Below, piece after piece: positions 37,144 through 50,099 of a DNA stretch of 64,000 nucleotides. Every line of letters begins with the position of its first letter. Within the stretch, counting starts at the first letter, position 1. Below the pieces are notes generated by a model. That model was not told where the DNA came from. It saw nothing but the letters and a program-made list of their open reading frames with translations, and ran no database searches. The translations under genes and the position numbers were made by a program. The stretch comes from Stegostoma tigrinum (Eukaryota), in NCBI RefSeq assembly GCF_030684315.1, contig NC_081393.1, positions 5,963,565 to 6,027,564 on the forward strand. Direction: 5' to 3'.

Positions 37144-38043
37144 GTAAGAATGGAATAAAACAATTGCCTTGTGCAGGGTCAGGACAAAGAGCATGGAGCC
37201 AATGTCGCTTCTCCATACAATCGTGATTTTGTGAACATTTTTTTGTTAAGCACCCAGAACTTGTGTTTTTGAAACCTTGTGGTCAAGAAAAACAACCTGT
37301 TAAAAGCCAGAGCACATACAAGTTGGTTTTGGGAATGACCAAGAAAGTGCTTTCTGCTCTCTGAATTTCCACCTTTCATTTTACTGGGCATGAGTCACTT
37401 ACTGTGCAAAAGGCAGTAGCTTCATGTGAGAAGGATTGCTGGGTGATCAAAAAGATCGTGGAGAAAGAGTTAGAAAGAGGTGAATTCACTACAGCAGCAG
37501 CAGTGGGAGATACTGCTGATGCTGGGTCATTCCTCGCAGAGAGATGTTCAAATTGAGGAAGGAATTTGCTGGGATAAATCAGAGAAGCTTTGGCCAATCG
37601 CACAGAACATGTAGTGGAGGAGTAAGAGGGCTGGAGAGAGTGAGTGATGTACTGAGTTAATATGTGCTGCCTGAAAAGGCAACAGGGAGCACATTCGGTG
37701 GGAACGTTCCCACAGGAATTGTACAGATATGTGAAAACATCTGCTGGCGAGGGGCTCATTGGTTAGCTGTCAAAAGGGCTTGCATGGGAAAGCATCATTG
37801 CATGATCCCAAGGAGCATTTAGTGAGTTGGCTGGACAATGCATTAGAATAAAGGCTGCTGGAGAGGTCTGTTACTGCCCGGTGATATGAGTCATATTTTT
37901 GCGGTCATTTTATCGAGACCATAGAGTGCAGTGATACAGAGAATGGAAGTACAGGCTTGGGGCTGAGAGGAGTCAGCAGTCTTAAACTGGGCCTGTGTCT
38001 TTAGCCTGATGTTCTCACTCTCGAGTATGTTTGTATTTTGCAG

Positions 38044-38196
38044 CTTTCCTATGTGATGTCGGGATACAAATACTTTGTCTGCCCATTTGAGTTCAACAAT
38101 GACGCCAACAGTTTCACTGTGGACTGTGAGCCATCAGAACTGTTCCAGCTCCAGGATTACGGCATCCCGTGTCTGGCCCAGTCCATTTTAGGCTCG
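38044..38196 (+). CDS. CDS2: CDS2 exon 10 (LSYVMSGYKYFVCP...QSILGS)
   Basis: TGCAG| acceptor, |GTACGT donor, 153 nt. Confidence 0.94.
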
Positions 38197-38464
38197 GTAC
38201 GTCTTCAGTGACTTTACGAGTGAAGTTTTGAGAGCTGCTTTTGTTTTTGGTGTTGAGGGGCCGGGCAGTGGGAGACAGTTTTGGAAATCCCGGAAACTGA
38301 AAGGGCTAAAAATAACAGGCTGAGCGAGTCTTCAATGCGTGTGTCTGCAGAACAGGGTCAGACGCTCGGCTTCTCAAGGCTAGAATTTTGCAACTTTACA
38401 ATAAAAAAAGCAAAGAAAAGTTTGATCCCAGGACTTATCTGTGCTTCTTATCTCATGACTGCAG

Positions 38465-38584
38465 GAGACTATCCGGTTGTACCCCTTCCAGATTCACAGC
38501 ATTGCCCTCTCTACCTTCGCTTCTCTGATTGGCCCCTTTGGAGGATTCTTTGCCAGTGGCTTCAAGAGAGCATTCAAAATCAAG
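38465..38584 (+). CDS. CDS2: CDS2 exon 11 ([12 protein letters not shown]...[15 protein letters not shown])
   Basis: TGCAG| acceptor, |GTATTT donor, 120 nt; first half of the cytidylyltransferase signature SxxKRxxxIKD. Confidence 0.97.
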
Positions 38585-39436
38585 GTATTTTTAATCCTTC
38601 CTTTCCTGGCCAGGGTTTGAGGCAGAGAGGGGAGAGATGCAGCAATATCTGGGAGCAGTCCAGCACAAGAAGAGGGAAAATGATCTAACTACCCAGCATG
38701 CAAACAAACAGGCCATTGCACTCTCTGACTGTAGCTGCTCACCTTATTCTGTCTGCAGCCTGTCTCCTGCTGCATGCAGGAGCAGGTTAACTTAGTCCCG
38801 GACTTTAGCTTCTTCTCCCGAGACCCTCCAAGTGAATCCCTTTCAAGTCGACGCAACCACCCCCCCCCCCCCAACTTTTTGAAGTGCCCCTGGAGCCATG
38901 TTGAGAAAGCCTCAGGAATTCTGAAGGACAGAGTGGCCACCTGGTCGAAACACATCAAATTCTTCCAGGACCAGGCAAGAAAGATGCTGGCATTTGTCGG
39001 GCTGCGAGGGTGACAGTCTCACTCTCTAGGTGGGGTGCTCGTGTTCACAGCTGACTGAAGAAGTGTCTTTGCTCAGGCTTAGGGAGTATAGCAGTTCCCT
39101 GTAAGCTCAGTTTGATTTTTGGATGCAAAGGGGATTGAGGTCAAAGTGGCCTCAAGGATGAAGGCTAGTGTTCCTGGTATTGAATAGAGGAGCAGGCTCC
39201 AAGAGCTGTGCACCTCCCATTTCTTCATGTCTGAGCATCAACCTGAATGTGTTTACGTGGACACTGGCAGCATCTTCCTGTGAGACTGATGCCCAACGAA
39301 TTCTCTCTTCTGCACTGGTGGGAGAAACAGGAGGTTCCCTGAGAGACTCTGTCACTGGTTCCCTAACACTGTCTTCCAGTGGCCCTGTGTGAGGCAACAG
39401 CCCAATTGACAGCCTTAGCCCTTTGTATTGCCATGA

Positions 39437-39637
39437 CCCAGTGTACCTCAGCTGCCTGCCCGACTGTCATGGCCCACTGTATTGCAGTACACCAGCCTTT
39501 GGTCATCAGCCCAGTGTATTGATGCAGCCCACGATGTGGCAAAAGCCCAGTGTATTGCTGCAGCCCACGATGTGGCAAAAGCCCGGTGTATTGCTGCAGC
39601 CCACGATGTGGCAAAAGCCCGGTGTATTGCTGCAGCT
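39437..39637. repeat. 36-bp minisatellite (CCC(A/G)GTGTATTGCTGCAGCCCACGATGTGGCAAAAG) x~3.7 plus degenerate upstream units
   Basis: Directly visible. Confidence 0.9.
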
Positions 39638-39857
39638 CGCTGCATTCTCCAACAAAGCTCACTGGCTTGAAGGAACCAGTCGATTTGATGACATTGCAGG
39701 AAGGTGACCTTGTCCCTGGATCTCCGGTGAAAGACATGCATGGCTTGCTCAGAAACTGACCACTCTTCTGGCTATTTTTGAACACATGGAGATACGTTTA
39801 GAATGAGTTCACTGTTTAAAATGAAGGAGACTGAGACATTGCGCACTGGCTTTTGAG

Positions 39858-39946
39858 GTGCCCGAGCGACCCGGCCGGTGTGTCTCTGTGCCCGAGCGAC
39901 CCGGCCGGTGTGTCTCTGTGCCCGAGCAACCCGGCCGGTGTGTCTT
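39858..39946. repeat. 30-bp CpG-rich tandem repeat x3 (GTGCCCGAGCGACCCGGCCGGTGTGTCTCT)
   Basis: Directly visible; ends ~33 nt before the exon 12 acceptor. Confidence 0.92.
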
Positions 39947-39979
39947 TGCTGTGATCTTCCTGGCCATTTTATTTCGTAG

Positions 39980-40083
39980 GACTTTGCTGACACCATACCG
40001 GGCCATGGTGGGATAATGGATCGCTTTGATTGCCAGTATCTCATGGCGACTTTCGTGAATGTCTACATTGCCAGTTTCATCAG
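39980..40083 (+). CDS. CDS2: CDS2 exon 12 ([35 protein letters not shown])
   Basis: CGTAG| acceptor, |GTAAGA donor, 104 nt; catalytic signature PGHGGxxDRFD. Confidence 0.97.
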
Positions 40084-40225
40084 GTAAGAACTCTTCCCCT
40101 GAGACTGATCATAAACACTCAGAGTAGCGTAAGCTTTCCTCAAGAACTCAGCCATTTGAAAGCAAAACACATGATTTAAGTCTCTGTTAGCTGCATTTAT
40201 ATAAAACATGTCAGCACTCAAACTG

Positions 40226-40430
40226 ACATAGGAACGTAAGAAACAGGAACATGAGTAGGCCATTCGGCCCCTTGAGCCTGCCTTGCCATTCAATAGAAGC
40301 GTGGCTGATCCAACATTACTTACATACACTTTTTGAATCTCTCTGTGTATCTAATCTCAGCCTTAAACATACTCAAGGATTCTGCCCCCTCAGCTCCCTG
40401 TGGCAATGAGTGTCAGACCCTCTGAGGGAA
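40226..40430 (-). mobile_element. CR1 LINE 3' end fragment
   Basis: Reverse of the CR1 tail (CATAGGAACGTAAGAAACAGGA...GGCCATTCGGCCCCTTGAGCCTG). Confidence 0.7.
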
Positions 40431-41384
40431 CATGCTGGAGGTGCATTTTGTAAGCACTGTGCTAGGAGGGTGAACTGTGACCTAGCAGCACTCTAAGTGG
40501 TTATTGACACGCTGGTCAAGAGGGAAGCCTTCACTTCTGAACCGCGCCTATTTCTGTACTTCCTGCAGCCTGACCACAATTTAGGAAATCTCTCTTCCTC
40601 CAACTCTGGCCTTTTCAACTTGGTACCTACAACTGAGGCTGTGCCCTCAGTCTGAATCTTGAGTATTCTGTCCCCAAAATACCCATCCCTCACTTCACCC
40701 TCAAAGTCAGCACCTATTTCGCCTCCTTTAGGATGCAGTCCCTTTCTCCAAATCTCCTTTTAGTCAGCCTCCCTGTCCCCTTGGGCCATTCTCCTGCCTT
40801 CGTGTAAATGCAAGCAATTGTTGACTGCAGTACTGCACTGAATGCCTGGATAAACACGAGAGTAAACTGTACAGTGCCCCACTCCTTGCAATCAACCTTG
40901 CCCACCAGAGAGGACAGGAGGAAATTGTATGTGTCAAGCCTGTGTTAAACCATGGGATGCGCTGCATGTACTTTCCCTTTGCTAGTTACTGTGAAACTAC
41001 TCTTGCTGGTGCTCCCATTCTTGGAGTCATAGAGGTGTACAGGACAGAAAAGGGCCCTTCGGCCCATTGAATCTGTGCTGTTCAAAGACAGCCACCAAAC
41101 GATAACTGAATGACCAAATTAGATGATTAGGGATTCGTGTGACAGGCCAGAGGCTTGATCTGCCATGGGATTGACAGTCCCAGCACAGACCAAAGTGGTG
41201 GTGATTGGACGTGAAGCCCCCCACCCCCTGACCCCCCAGCTTTCTGAGGTGCACACAGAACATCCCATAGCTCTATTTTCAAGAAACAGAAGAAAGTTTG
41301 CACCCATGTGTAGCCCCCCCACCCTGAACAACATCTCTGAAGCAGGGAAGGGGTCTTTATTGAATTGTCTCTTCTTTGTCCTAG

Positions 41385-41508
41385 GGGCCCAAATCCGAGC
41401 AAACTGCTGCAGCAGCTGCTGGCTCTCCGCGTCGACCAACAGCTCCAGATTTTCAAGAGCCTGAAGGCTAATCTGATTCAGAAGGGTGTCCTGACGGCTG
41501 GGGCTTAG
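41385..41508 (+). CDS. CDS2: CDS2 exon 13, terminal coding part (GPNPSKLLQQLL...KGVLTAGA*)
   Basis: CCTAG| acceptor; GPNPSK motif; stop TAG 41506-41508. Summed exons give 1308 nt = 435 aa + stop. Confidence 0.95.
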
Positions 41509-44500
41509 AGCTGATCCGTTCAGGTCCTACAGCCTGTCGAATGAATCCAGCCTCCGACCTTGCTCTCAAAAGACACAGTGCACGTCCAACCTTGTATCCT
41601 ACCGGTGATTTTCTTACGTGACCTCGAGGTCCAAATCCCTTGCAACACAAAAGCCAAGCATTTCTTCACGCTCTGGTCGATACAATAATTACTGAGTAGG
41701 CACGAGTTTAATGATGGGGTCTCAGCTCATCAGTTGAATGTTAAGAGCTGTATTGCCACTGATGTGCTGAGCCTGTGATTAACCACCAAACACACACACA
41801 CACTCCCACAAACACACACACCCACTCTCGCGCACACAAGTGCGTGCACAAAATTGCTTTCTATTTTCGAAAAAACAAGATTTACCATTGCTGCTTGCAA
41901 TGCTAAACAAGTGAGGAGTTTAGAGGCTGAATCTGAAACTGCGCAAAAATCATGGATCTGATCCAGTAGAATACCAGCCCGAGCGTATTATGCACCACTC
42001 GGGGAATCTTGTGTTCGTGGTAGCACTGACTTTCTGCGGTTACTTGCTCCTTAGCCAGAATGTACTCTTAGGGCAGGTTAGATGTAGCAATTTGGTGTAA
42101 CACAAGCCGTGTAATTTTGAGGGGGGAGAAAACACATTCAGCTTTTACGTTTGCATTTGTAGGGCTTCTTGAGGTAGCTGAAGGAGTTTAGAAAATTGAA
42201 CTTTGCACTGATTGTTTTGCTTTAGATAGAGAAGGCATATAGAAACAAGTGGAGTTTGCAAAAAAAAAAGACAGTGGAGCACCTAGCAGTAATGAGGTAT
42301 CGGGCTATAATGTCACTGAGGGACAGAGTTCCTGAGATGGCATGTTATTGCTCATCAACAATCCAAAGGTTGTGGTCCCACGGTTAAACGGCTGTCCGTT
42401 TCTTTGGAAATTTTCACAAACAGTTGTGGTCCCTTCAGGACAAATACCTCCACACAGCGCAGTGTCTTCAGCGATGAGCAATGTCAAATGTTACCTTTTT
42501 ACAGAAGGACCCATCCTCTGTGTGTCTAAAAAGCAGAATTTCAGCATGACCTTACCTCAGCACTGACCCACGTGTTGTTGGAAGGGGAACTGCTGCGCTG
42601 TGGTTATACATTCACTTGTGCCAGTGATTCCTCTTCTGGGGAGGTTCCAAGAACAGGCTTGGGGGCCACTTTTACATACAAGCCGAGATGGTGTCTGTTG
42701 CCGGCTGAGAACAGAGTCATGGCCCTCCCACAGCCCAGTTTCCAGACATCAATGCTGGATGGTGACCTGGACCCCTGTACAAGCTGAATTCTAACAGGCA
42801 CACCATTGTCCACATTCCCTGCTGTCTCCGGTCAGTTAGTGCTAATAAAACTGTCAGTCCATTCAACTAGATATTCCAGGAAGGGCAGGGTAGATTTGGT
42901 GCGCAACAAGTGGGATTTCTGTCGGTGTCACTGTTCGGCTGGTCACTGGGATAGGTTTTAGACAGGATCCAGCAGCCTTCCCTTGCCTTGCCCAGAGAAC
43001 ATGCAGACAAGAACAGTACAACAGCACAGTAAGTGGGAGGTCAGTGTGAGCTGGGGTGGGGGTACCAGAGAGCTGTCCATTTCTTGGGAAGACTGAGAGG
43101 ATCGACTGCACCGTGCCAGATTTTTACAGTGTAGTTCCCCATGACGGAGTTTGGGCAGGAAAGTGGCTAAAAACTCTCAAAGAGCAGGCCCTTCAACTGA
43201 CTGCATGATGAAACATAGAATGACCATGAATAGCTAAGGGACATTATTATCCTGCTACTGTTTGTAGTCACCCTTTACTTCATCACCAGTTTGTTTCTGA
43301 AAGACTGTATGCTGAAGTTAAGAGCTTTAATTCAGGTTTGGGATTAGGCACTGTTGAAGAGGGGTTACTGACTTGGAGTGGGCAAGGCAGAAGAATGTAG
43401 GAGTTGCTTCAGTTTTACTCATTTGAAGAACTTCAGTGAGGAAGACGGTCTCCTTTACAACTTGTCCCCCTTGGAGAGTGGTACTGCTGGGAGGTGGAAT
43501 AAATTACTTCAGGTCCCAACAACAGGAGAGACATGTTTTGCGAAGGATTGACAAGAGGTGATTGGTTAAGGACAGGGTAGCTTTGTCTTCGTCTGGGCTC
43601 GGTAAACTTTCCGAGGCAGGGAACTGAGAGGAAGTTGAGGTGAAATGCATTCTGCAATGACCTTGATCTCTTGAAACCATTTTGATGAGGCCACCCGTGT
43701 CCCTGTAGCTTCACTTTTACCACTTAATTAAAGAGACAGCGTTGCGCATGGTGGTGGCAGTTCCTTAACTGGGGCTTGAGTGTGTCCCAGACTGAGGTGC
43801 CAGTTTGGAGCAGTTTCAACTTTGATCCTACTTACTAGGAGCCCAGAATGTCATTGAAAATACAATTGCTGACTCAACCAGTGAAATACTTCCATTGCCA
43901 TTCTGCCGAAGGTGGAAATTATGCCTGGCTATTATGTTTATGACTGGAAACAGACAATGGCGTGGATAAAAAGACTGTGCTGATATGAAGAGGCAGGCTG
44001 AGCCAGCTCTGTGCGTATTTCTGACTGATGCCAGCTCATTGTTTGGTAAACTGCCCGTTTATTATTTCTCTTTAACTCTGATCAACGAACAGTCAGCTTT
44101 CTCAAATTCCTTGAGAGTACAGAACCCATAAAAGGGAAATTCTTGAGATCTGCAGCCTTCTTCCTAACACTGATGGCTAGCTGGTGGATGTGAGGGCGTA
44201 CTACTGCTGCTTGTCCAGGGTGGGGTGTGGGAAACAAATGTGCAGGGAATTTGGAATTTGTACAGATCTGCTCAGCTGCGAGGCTGGTTTGAATTTGGGG
44301 AGGGAGGAAAGACCAAACAGCTTCCACATTTCGAGGCTTCTTGTGTTCACGCTGAAATCAGGGCTGAAAGTTCTCTCTCTGAAACACTCTGAAGGGTAGC
44401 TGGTGTGAGTTGGTTAAATTTTGGAATTCTCCCCGAGGTGTGATCATCCCTCGGTCCCCTGTTATATCTCACTTGTAGCTCATGCTCAGCCTGATATGAC

Positions 44501-44542
44501 TACAATCAGCAGGATTTCTGCACTGCAACACAAGTATGTCTG

Positions 44543-44743
44543 GAGATAGTCGGAAGCGCCAATGCTGGAGGAGAATCTTGAGATAACAAGGTGCAGAGCT
44601 GGATGAACACAGCAGGCAAAGCAGCATCAGAGGAGCAGGAAGGCCGATGTTTCAGAAAAAGGGTCTAGGCCCGAAACATCAGCTTTCCTGCTCCTCTGAT
44701 GCTGCTTGGCCTGTTGTGTCCATCCAGCTCTACACCTTGTTAT
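44543..44743. mobile_element. Fold-back pLTR mini-insertion with 14-bp TSD inside the putative CDS2 3'UTR
   Basis: Inverted arms ~44582-44653 / ~44674-44744; partial hammerhead GGGTCTAGGCCCGAAACATCAG at the apex; TSD CACAAGTATGTCTG at 44529-44542 and 44744-44757. Confidence 0.85.
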
Positions 44744-47700
44744 CACAAGTATGTCTGTTGCAGTTGTTATATTGCTTGACCGATTTTGTTTGTACACTGA
44801 ATTTTTCTATTGTTTACATTTCTGATTGTTGGAATGTTTGTTGGTTAGGGTGTATGGGAAACAGTTTTCCAAAGTGCAGTATTTAGTTTGATTGCAGGAC
44901 CCTGTGAATGAAGGGGCCAGCAACCAGGTGCAGATCGATGGAGGAACCAATTTTCAGGGAATCCTTGTGAAAGGAGTTGGATGGAACATCACAATGATGT
45001 AAAGGAAAAAGACAAACAGTCAGTTCTTGAAACGTTCTTTTTTTCCCAGAAGCTTGCTGAAGGACAAAGCTGTTACACTGTATAGATTTGGTCTGTTACA
45101 AAAGCACTGATACAAATGAGAGTCTGTAAAATCTGTCCCCACACAAGTCCTTGTTGACTTCAACAAGCAGTATCACCTTCGTCACCAAATTCCAGCTGTG
45201 TTTCGTGCAGTGTGCATGAGTAATGCAGTATAAAGTTGCATCTTCTTAGACAGGCCAGTATGAGAGCTGCTGATGTGCAAGCGTACATTAACCCTTTAGA
45301 GGCAGCCATTGGTAGCCACTTCGCCGGTCTTAGCACCGGCACTGGGAGAGCAAATGAACACGTGCCAAAGCTGAGCTGTCGCCAGAACTCAGTTGAAGTA
45401 AGTCGTTAAAAATTCTTTGCTGATTCTCGCGATGACTGGGCTGCAAAGGAGGTATGTCGTCCCCAGTCATGGAGGGCTGTAACCTTAGCCGCACATTTTG
45501 CGGCATGAATGGAGACAGGCCATGTTCGCTTCTGTATGCGTGTACCTAACAGCACGGCTCAGCGCCCCTGTTACTACTGCCCGTGGGACCTACTGACAGG
45601 GGCGTTGTAATATTGTGATTTCACTCCCGCACCAACCACCTTCCCCATTCCCTGTTCCCAATCCAGCTCAGACACTGTGAGAGATGTCTGCAGGATCAAA
45701 GCAGGAGCGGTGAAGCCCTTTTGATGTTTTGGAGTGGAGAGTAATTTCTTTGAAAGCAAAACCTGGAAGCGACAAAGGTTGAGGGTGTCAGGGAGCTTTC
45801 AGGGATGGTGTAAGTTTCACGGTTTGGAAGGCAGTGTTTACTGTTTTGTGAAAAAACTCTTGCGATGTGTTTAGTTCCTTGAACAAATTCCATGCACACT
45901 TGCGCAACATGAAGAAGAGTCAATGCCGTTTCTCTGACCTTGGGAAGGTTCAACGTGCTACTTCTTTAGGGCTTTTTGTTGATTATGATTCATTCGTTGC
46001 AGATAATATTCAACAGTCAGTTCAGGCGTGTTTGTGTCAGGCATCCCTCTGGAGCAAGGGCCGTTGAATCTGGACTCCTGCCCTCAGAGGTAGGGACACA
46101 GCCACTGCATCGCAAGAGACCTCAATTCCTTACCACATTAGAATTCCCGTTTGCAATATTTTAATGCATCCCAGTCGGACGGGTTGAAATGAGTTAAAAT
46201 AATTCAGCCACAAATTTAACACCGAATTTAATCAGTGCTCAGGATTTTGAGAATGACCTGCAGGGGGGTGGGGGAACTCAAGGTGTCAAATTGAGAAGAG
46301 ACCTTTCTGCAGGAATTGGGGGTTGCCCACCAACTTGCTTTGGTAACGTCTCATTTCTGAGGGGAAGCACGGACTGCGGCGGTTGAAAAACTACAACGTT
46401 GCTGATTTGACGCTGCAAATACACAGCTGGGTTTGTGCATCCCCCGAGAGCAGTTGCTCCCCCCCCCCCCCCCCCCCGTGGCCAAGTCTGTGGCCTCTTG
46501 ACGCTGGATGCACTTCCCATCTCTGAGTGTCAACCCTAACTTATTCTAGTTATTCCCTCCATGAGGTGGGACTAACTGTTGTTGGAGCAGCTTTTTCTCG
46601 CTTTAGGGATATGACCTCTCTGCAGTCTTTGCTGATATGTTATTCTGCTCAGTGCAGTCGGGACTGATCGGTGCTGTGTAATCTCCCACAAGGATATTGC
46701 AAGGACCCTGTGTTTTGTTATTCACTGCGGCGGCAACGTACTACAACTTCCACTACATGTCTTTTACCTCGATGTTACTTAGGCCGGCAGGATTTAAACT
46801 CATTCCAGGGCCCTGACCATCAACAGAAACTCGCGTTTGTGTAACCTCCTTACAAAATGGGTGGCATCAAATTTACACAAAATCTCAAAGCTGTAACCAA
46901 CTCATCCAGATTAGTTGCAAATTTCTTGATGAGTTGCCTGCTCAAAATCAAGATGGTCTAACGCAACAAACTCAATTTTTTGGGATGACCCTGATGATTT
47001 GATGGGATGTGGGTTCGCCGGCCCATCCCAAATTCCCTCCACTCTCAGTGACTCGCTTGGGCCATTTCAGAGGGTAGTTGAAAACTGTGTTGTCGGTTTG
47101 GAGTCGTAAATAAAGAAGGATATCAGTGGAAAGAAGTGCAGCCGGTGGATTTTTCTAACAAGTGATGATAGTTGAATGGGAAAAAAAAAAATCCAGAATT
47201 AACAATTTAGTTCCACCAGATGGCGTAAAGGGATTATAAACGCATGTTGTTAGCTCCAGCCTCTGGATTAGTTGTCCGGTGAAATTCACACTGTCTCACT
47301 GTCTGCGCTCTACAGTGCCCCCCGAAAATGTACCTTGTAGCAATAAAATTTGCAATTTAAAATCGAGACCGGCTATTGGTCACCAGGAATGTCCAGAGAG
47401 CGGGTTGACTGCCATGGATACCTAACTATTGCAAACACAGTCGCTGGAGTTCAAACTGGGGAGAAGTTAGTTTGGTGACAAGTGCAGGTGGCTGGGAGTT
47501 GGGGTGAGGAAAACCAGGACTTTGAGAGAGACTGACCCAGATAGAATAGTACAGGAGAAAAGACTGCCAGACTCAACCAGGAGACTTAATGTCACGGCTT
47601 CACTTACTATCCACAACCTGCATTTCGTGTTTGATTTGTAAGTTCCAGCCCAGAAAAGACACATTCAGAAATTAACATTTACAGCGTGAAACTGAAGGAA

Positions 47701-48027
47701 ACTGAACTAGTATTGAAAGCTCTCGTAGGCCAGGCACACAGCATTAATTCAGAGCCGGTTAAATTACAGAATGGACTCATAGATGTTTTTATTTCAGTAA
47801 AGTGATTGAGTAAATTGTTTATTTTAATAACTGCTTTGAAATGTGTGTCTGCGTGAAGTATGAACTATCCAATTGAAGTGATACCTGCTGTCATGTGTTA
47901 CTGTACATGGGCTTGTTTTTCTATTGAATGTCAACTTTAGTGTGTGTGTGCACATTCGTGTGTAAATATACATAGTATCCCTATATATGATGGTGTTAAA
48001 GACTACACAATATTTATATATGTTGCA

Positions 48028-48047
48028 AATAAAAAGAACCAAATAAA
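48028..48047 (+). terminator. Tandem polyadenylation signals, probable distal end of CDS2 3'UTR
   Basis: AATAAA at 48028 and 48042, preceded by an AU-rich tract with TGTA motifs (TGTAAATA 47961) and followed by U/GU-rich sequence. Isolated AATAAA also occur at ~42844, ~47108 and ~47342. Confidence 0.55.
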
Positions 48048-50099
48048 AAGGACCAAGTCTTCTATTACTTCTTTGACCATGAAGCTGTCATCTTGTGACC
48101 AGTTGCTGTCACTTGTGTTTGAGACAGTGTGCACTCTGTTGCTGAGATCTCACAGCATGCTATATTATTGGCAAGCTCCACAAAACGTAGTGGGCCAGTG
48201 AGGCCTATCACCTTGCTGCATTGAGGATTTACCTCTTAAGTGCAAGCTATGCCAGTAACTCCTGATCCTGCTGCTTTTATTCCTCAAACTTGGCAAGGAA
48301 GTCGCCTGAGGCATTGACACGCATTGGCAGTAGTACGTGGCCTTTAACAAAATTCACCACGGCAACTCATCAAGGCTCTTCAAACACTACCTTCCTGCAA
48401 TCTGCATCACTTTGGAGAACCAGGGTAGTAGATAGGCAGGATTGCCAGACCCTGCAAGCACCCCTCCAAACCACTCACCATTCATGTTTGCAAATGTGCC
48501 GCTGTTCTCGGACTGTACCTGGATCATAATCCTGTCCCAAAGTGCACAGTGGGTGGTAACTGTAGCACTTGGACTGCAGTGGTTCAAGAAGGCAGCTCAA
48601 CACCACCTTCTCAAGGGCATTTAGGGATGGACAATAAATGCTGGCCCAGCCAGCAAGTCCTAAATCTCATGATTTAAAACAAAAATGAGAAGAGGGATGA
48701 AGAAATTCTCAGAGGCTACTCCTGCTGAATGCACTTAAGAGCAGGCACTGATGGAAAAGAGAGAGGATAGCATCAGCAATGTGATGGTTTCGCATTTCAT
48801 CTTGATTACTCATTCACATTGTAATTGGAGAGCTCGCCCAGATGGAGTTTTGCTCCTTAAATCTGGGTGTGATTATTTCCCGCAGGAAATAATTTCAGAC
48901 ATGTTGAATGTGAAGGAAGGCTTGAGGGTTTGCACCCGTTTCGAACGCGAGGCCCTGGGCTTAATGTCCACACTTTGTTAAAAAGAAGATTCATTGTCTG
49001 ACTTGAGAGGCTGACCCATTTATTCGGTATTGTCCCCAGATGCACTGTTTTCAAACTGGTCTGTCCAATGTTCATCACCAGATGCTTTTATATCTGATTC
49101 TTTTTATCTTTGGGGTCATGAAATACTGCAAGCACTTGCTGTGGAATCATGCTGTGCCTCATAGTGATTGCTGGGCTGCAGTGAAGCCATGTCAGGGGGG
49201 CCTTGCATGATTACAGCATGGGGATTGTTAATGTTGGGAGAGCTGGATGGTGCAGGGCAGCAGCATTGACATTGACCCCCTGCTGATGCTAGAGTCTTAC
49301 GCCAGTACCAGCCATCCTATCTGGGAGTTTGCCCCCTGTTACTTGGCTGTCTGACCCACAGGTAGAATGATAGGTTGTGGATGGATGGGTTCCCGGAGAT
49401 GCTATCACAGGACCAGGGTAGAACCACTTACTGCTTTTTCTGTCTGTTTGTGCTCGCTGAGACTGTGAAGGTCAAGGTACCAACCACACAGAGGGGACGA
49501 CATAACACAAGATTAAGTAGCTTCATTCCTTCAAAATCTGGAGAAGTTGCTGCCAGTGTTGGACAGCTGGGCCGAAATGGCCTACTTCTGCTCCCTTCCC
49601 TTCTCAACTCTGACCTCAACCCTTGCAGTCTATTTTCAGCAATTTCTTAATGCACTTCTCTTTCCTAATCCCCCCGAGGTACAGTCGCATCATCCTCCGA
49701 GTATCTCTTCCTGCCCGTTTTGTCAAAACCTGAAGACTGAGCAATTTCTCCCTTCCTGTGAGGACCTTGTCACATTTGGGCTGTGTGCGCGGTGTCCCTC
49801 TACTAGACTAACAGACTTTCCTTGGGTTTCTCAGCTGGAAAGTGCAGCCTGACCAGGCAATGCTTCTGATACGGCCTTGTTTTTCCCGGATGGGTGATGG
49901 AGCACAATGACAATGCCTCCAGCCCCATTGTTGCCCATCCCATCCCCTGAGAGCCAGGCTTCAGGAGATGAACATGCTGCTGAGCGACACTGATTTCCTG
50001 ATGCTTTTCAGAAAACAAGCATTGACCATGCTGCTGCTCACGGCTGCCCTCCACATGCACCGCCTTAGATAGCATCTCTCCTCTGCCCTGTCCATGTGG

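Noticed and set aside
39437-39637. 36-bp repeats superficially CRISPR-sized
   Set aside because: Head-to-tail tandem units with no unique spacers, in a eukaryotic intron.
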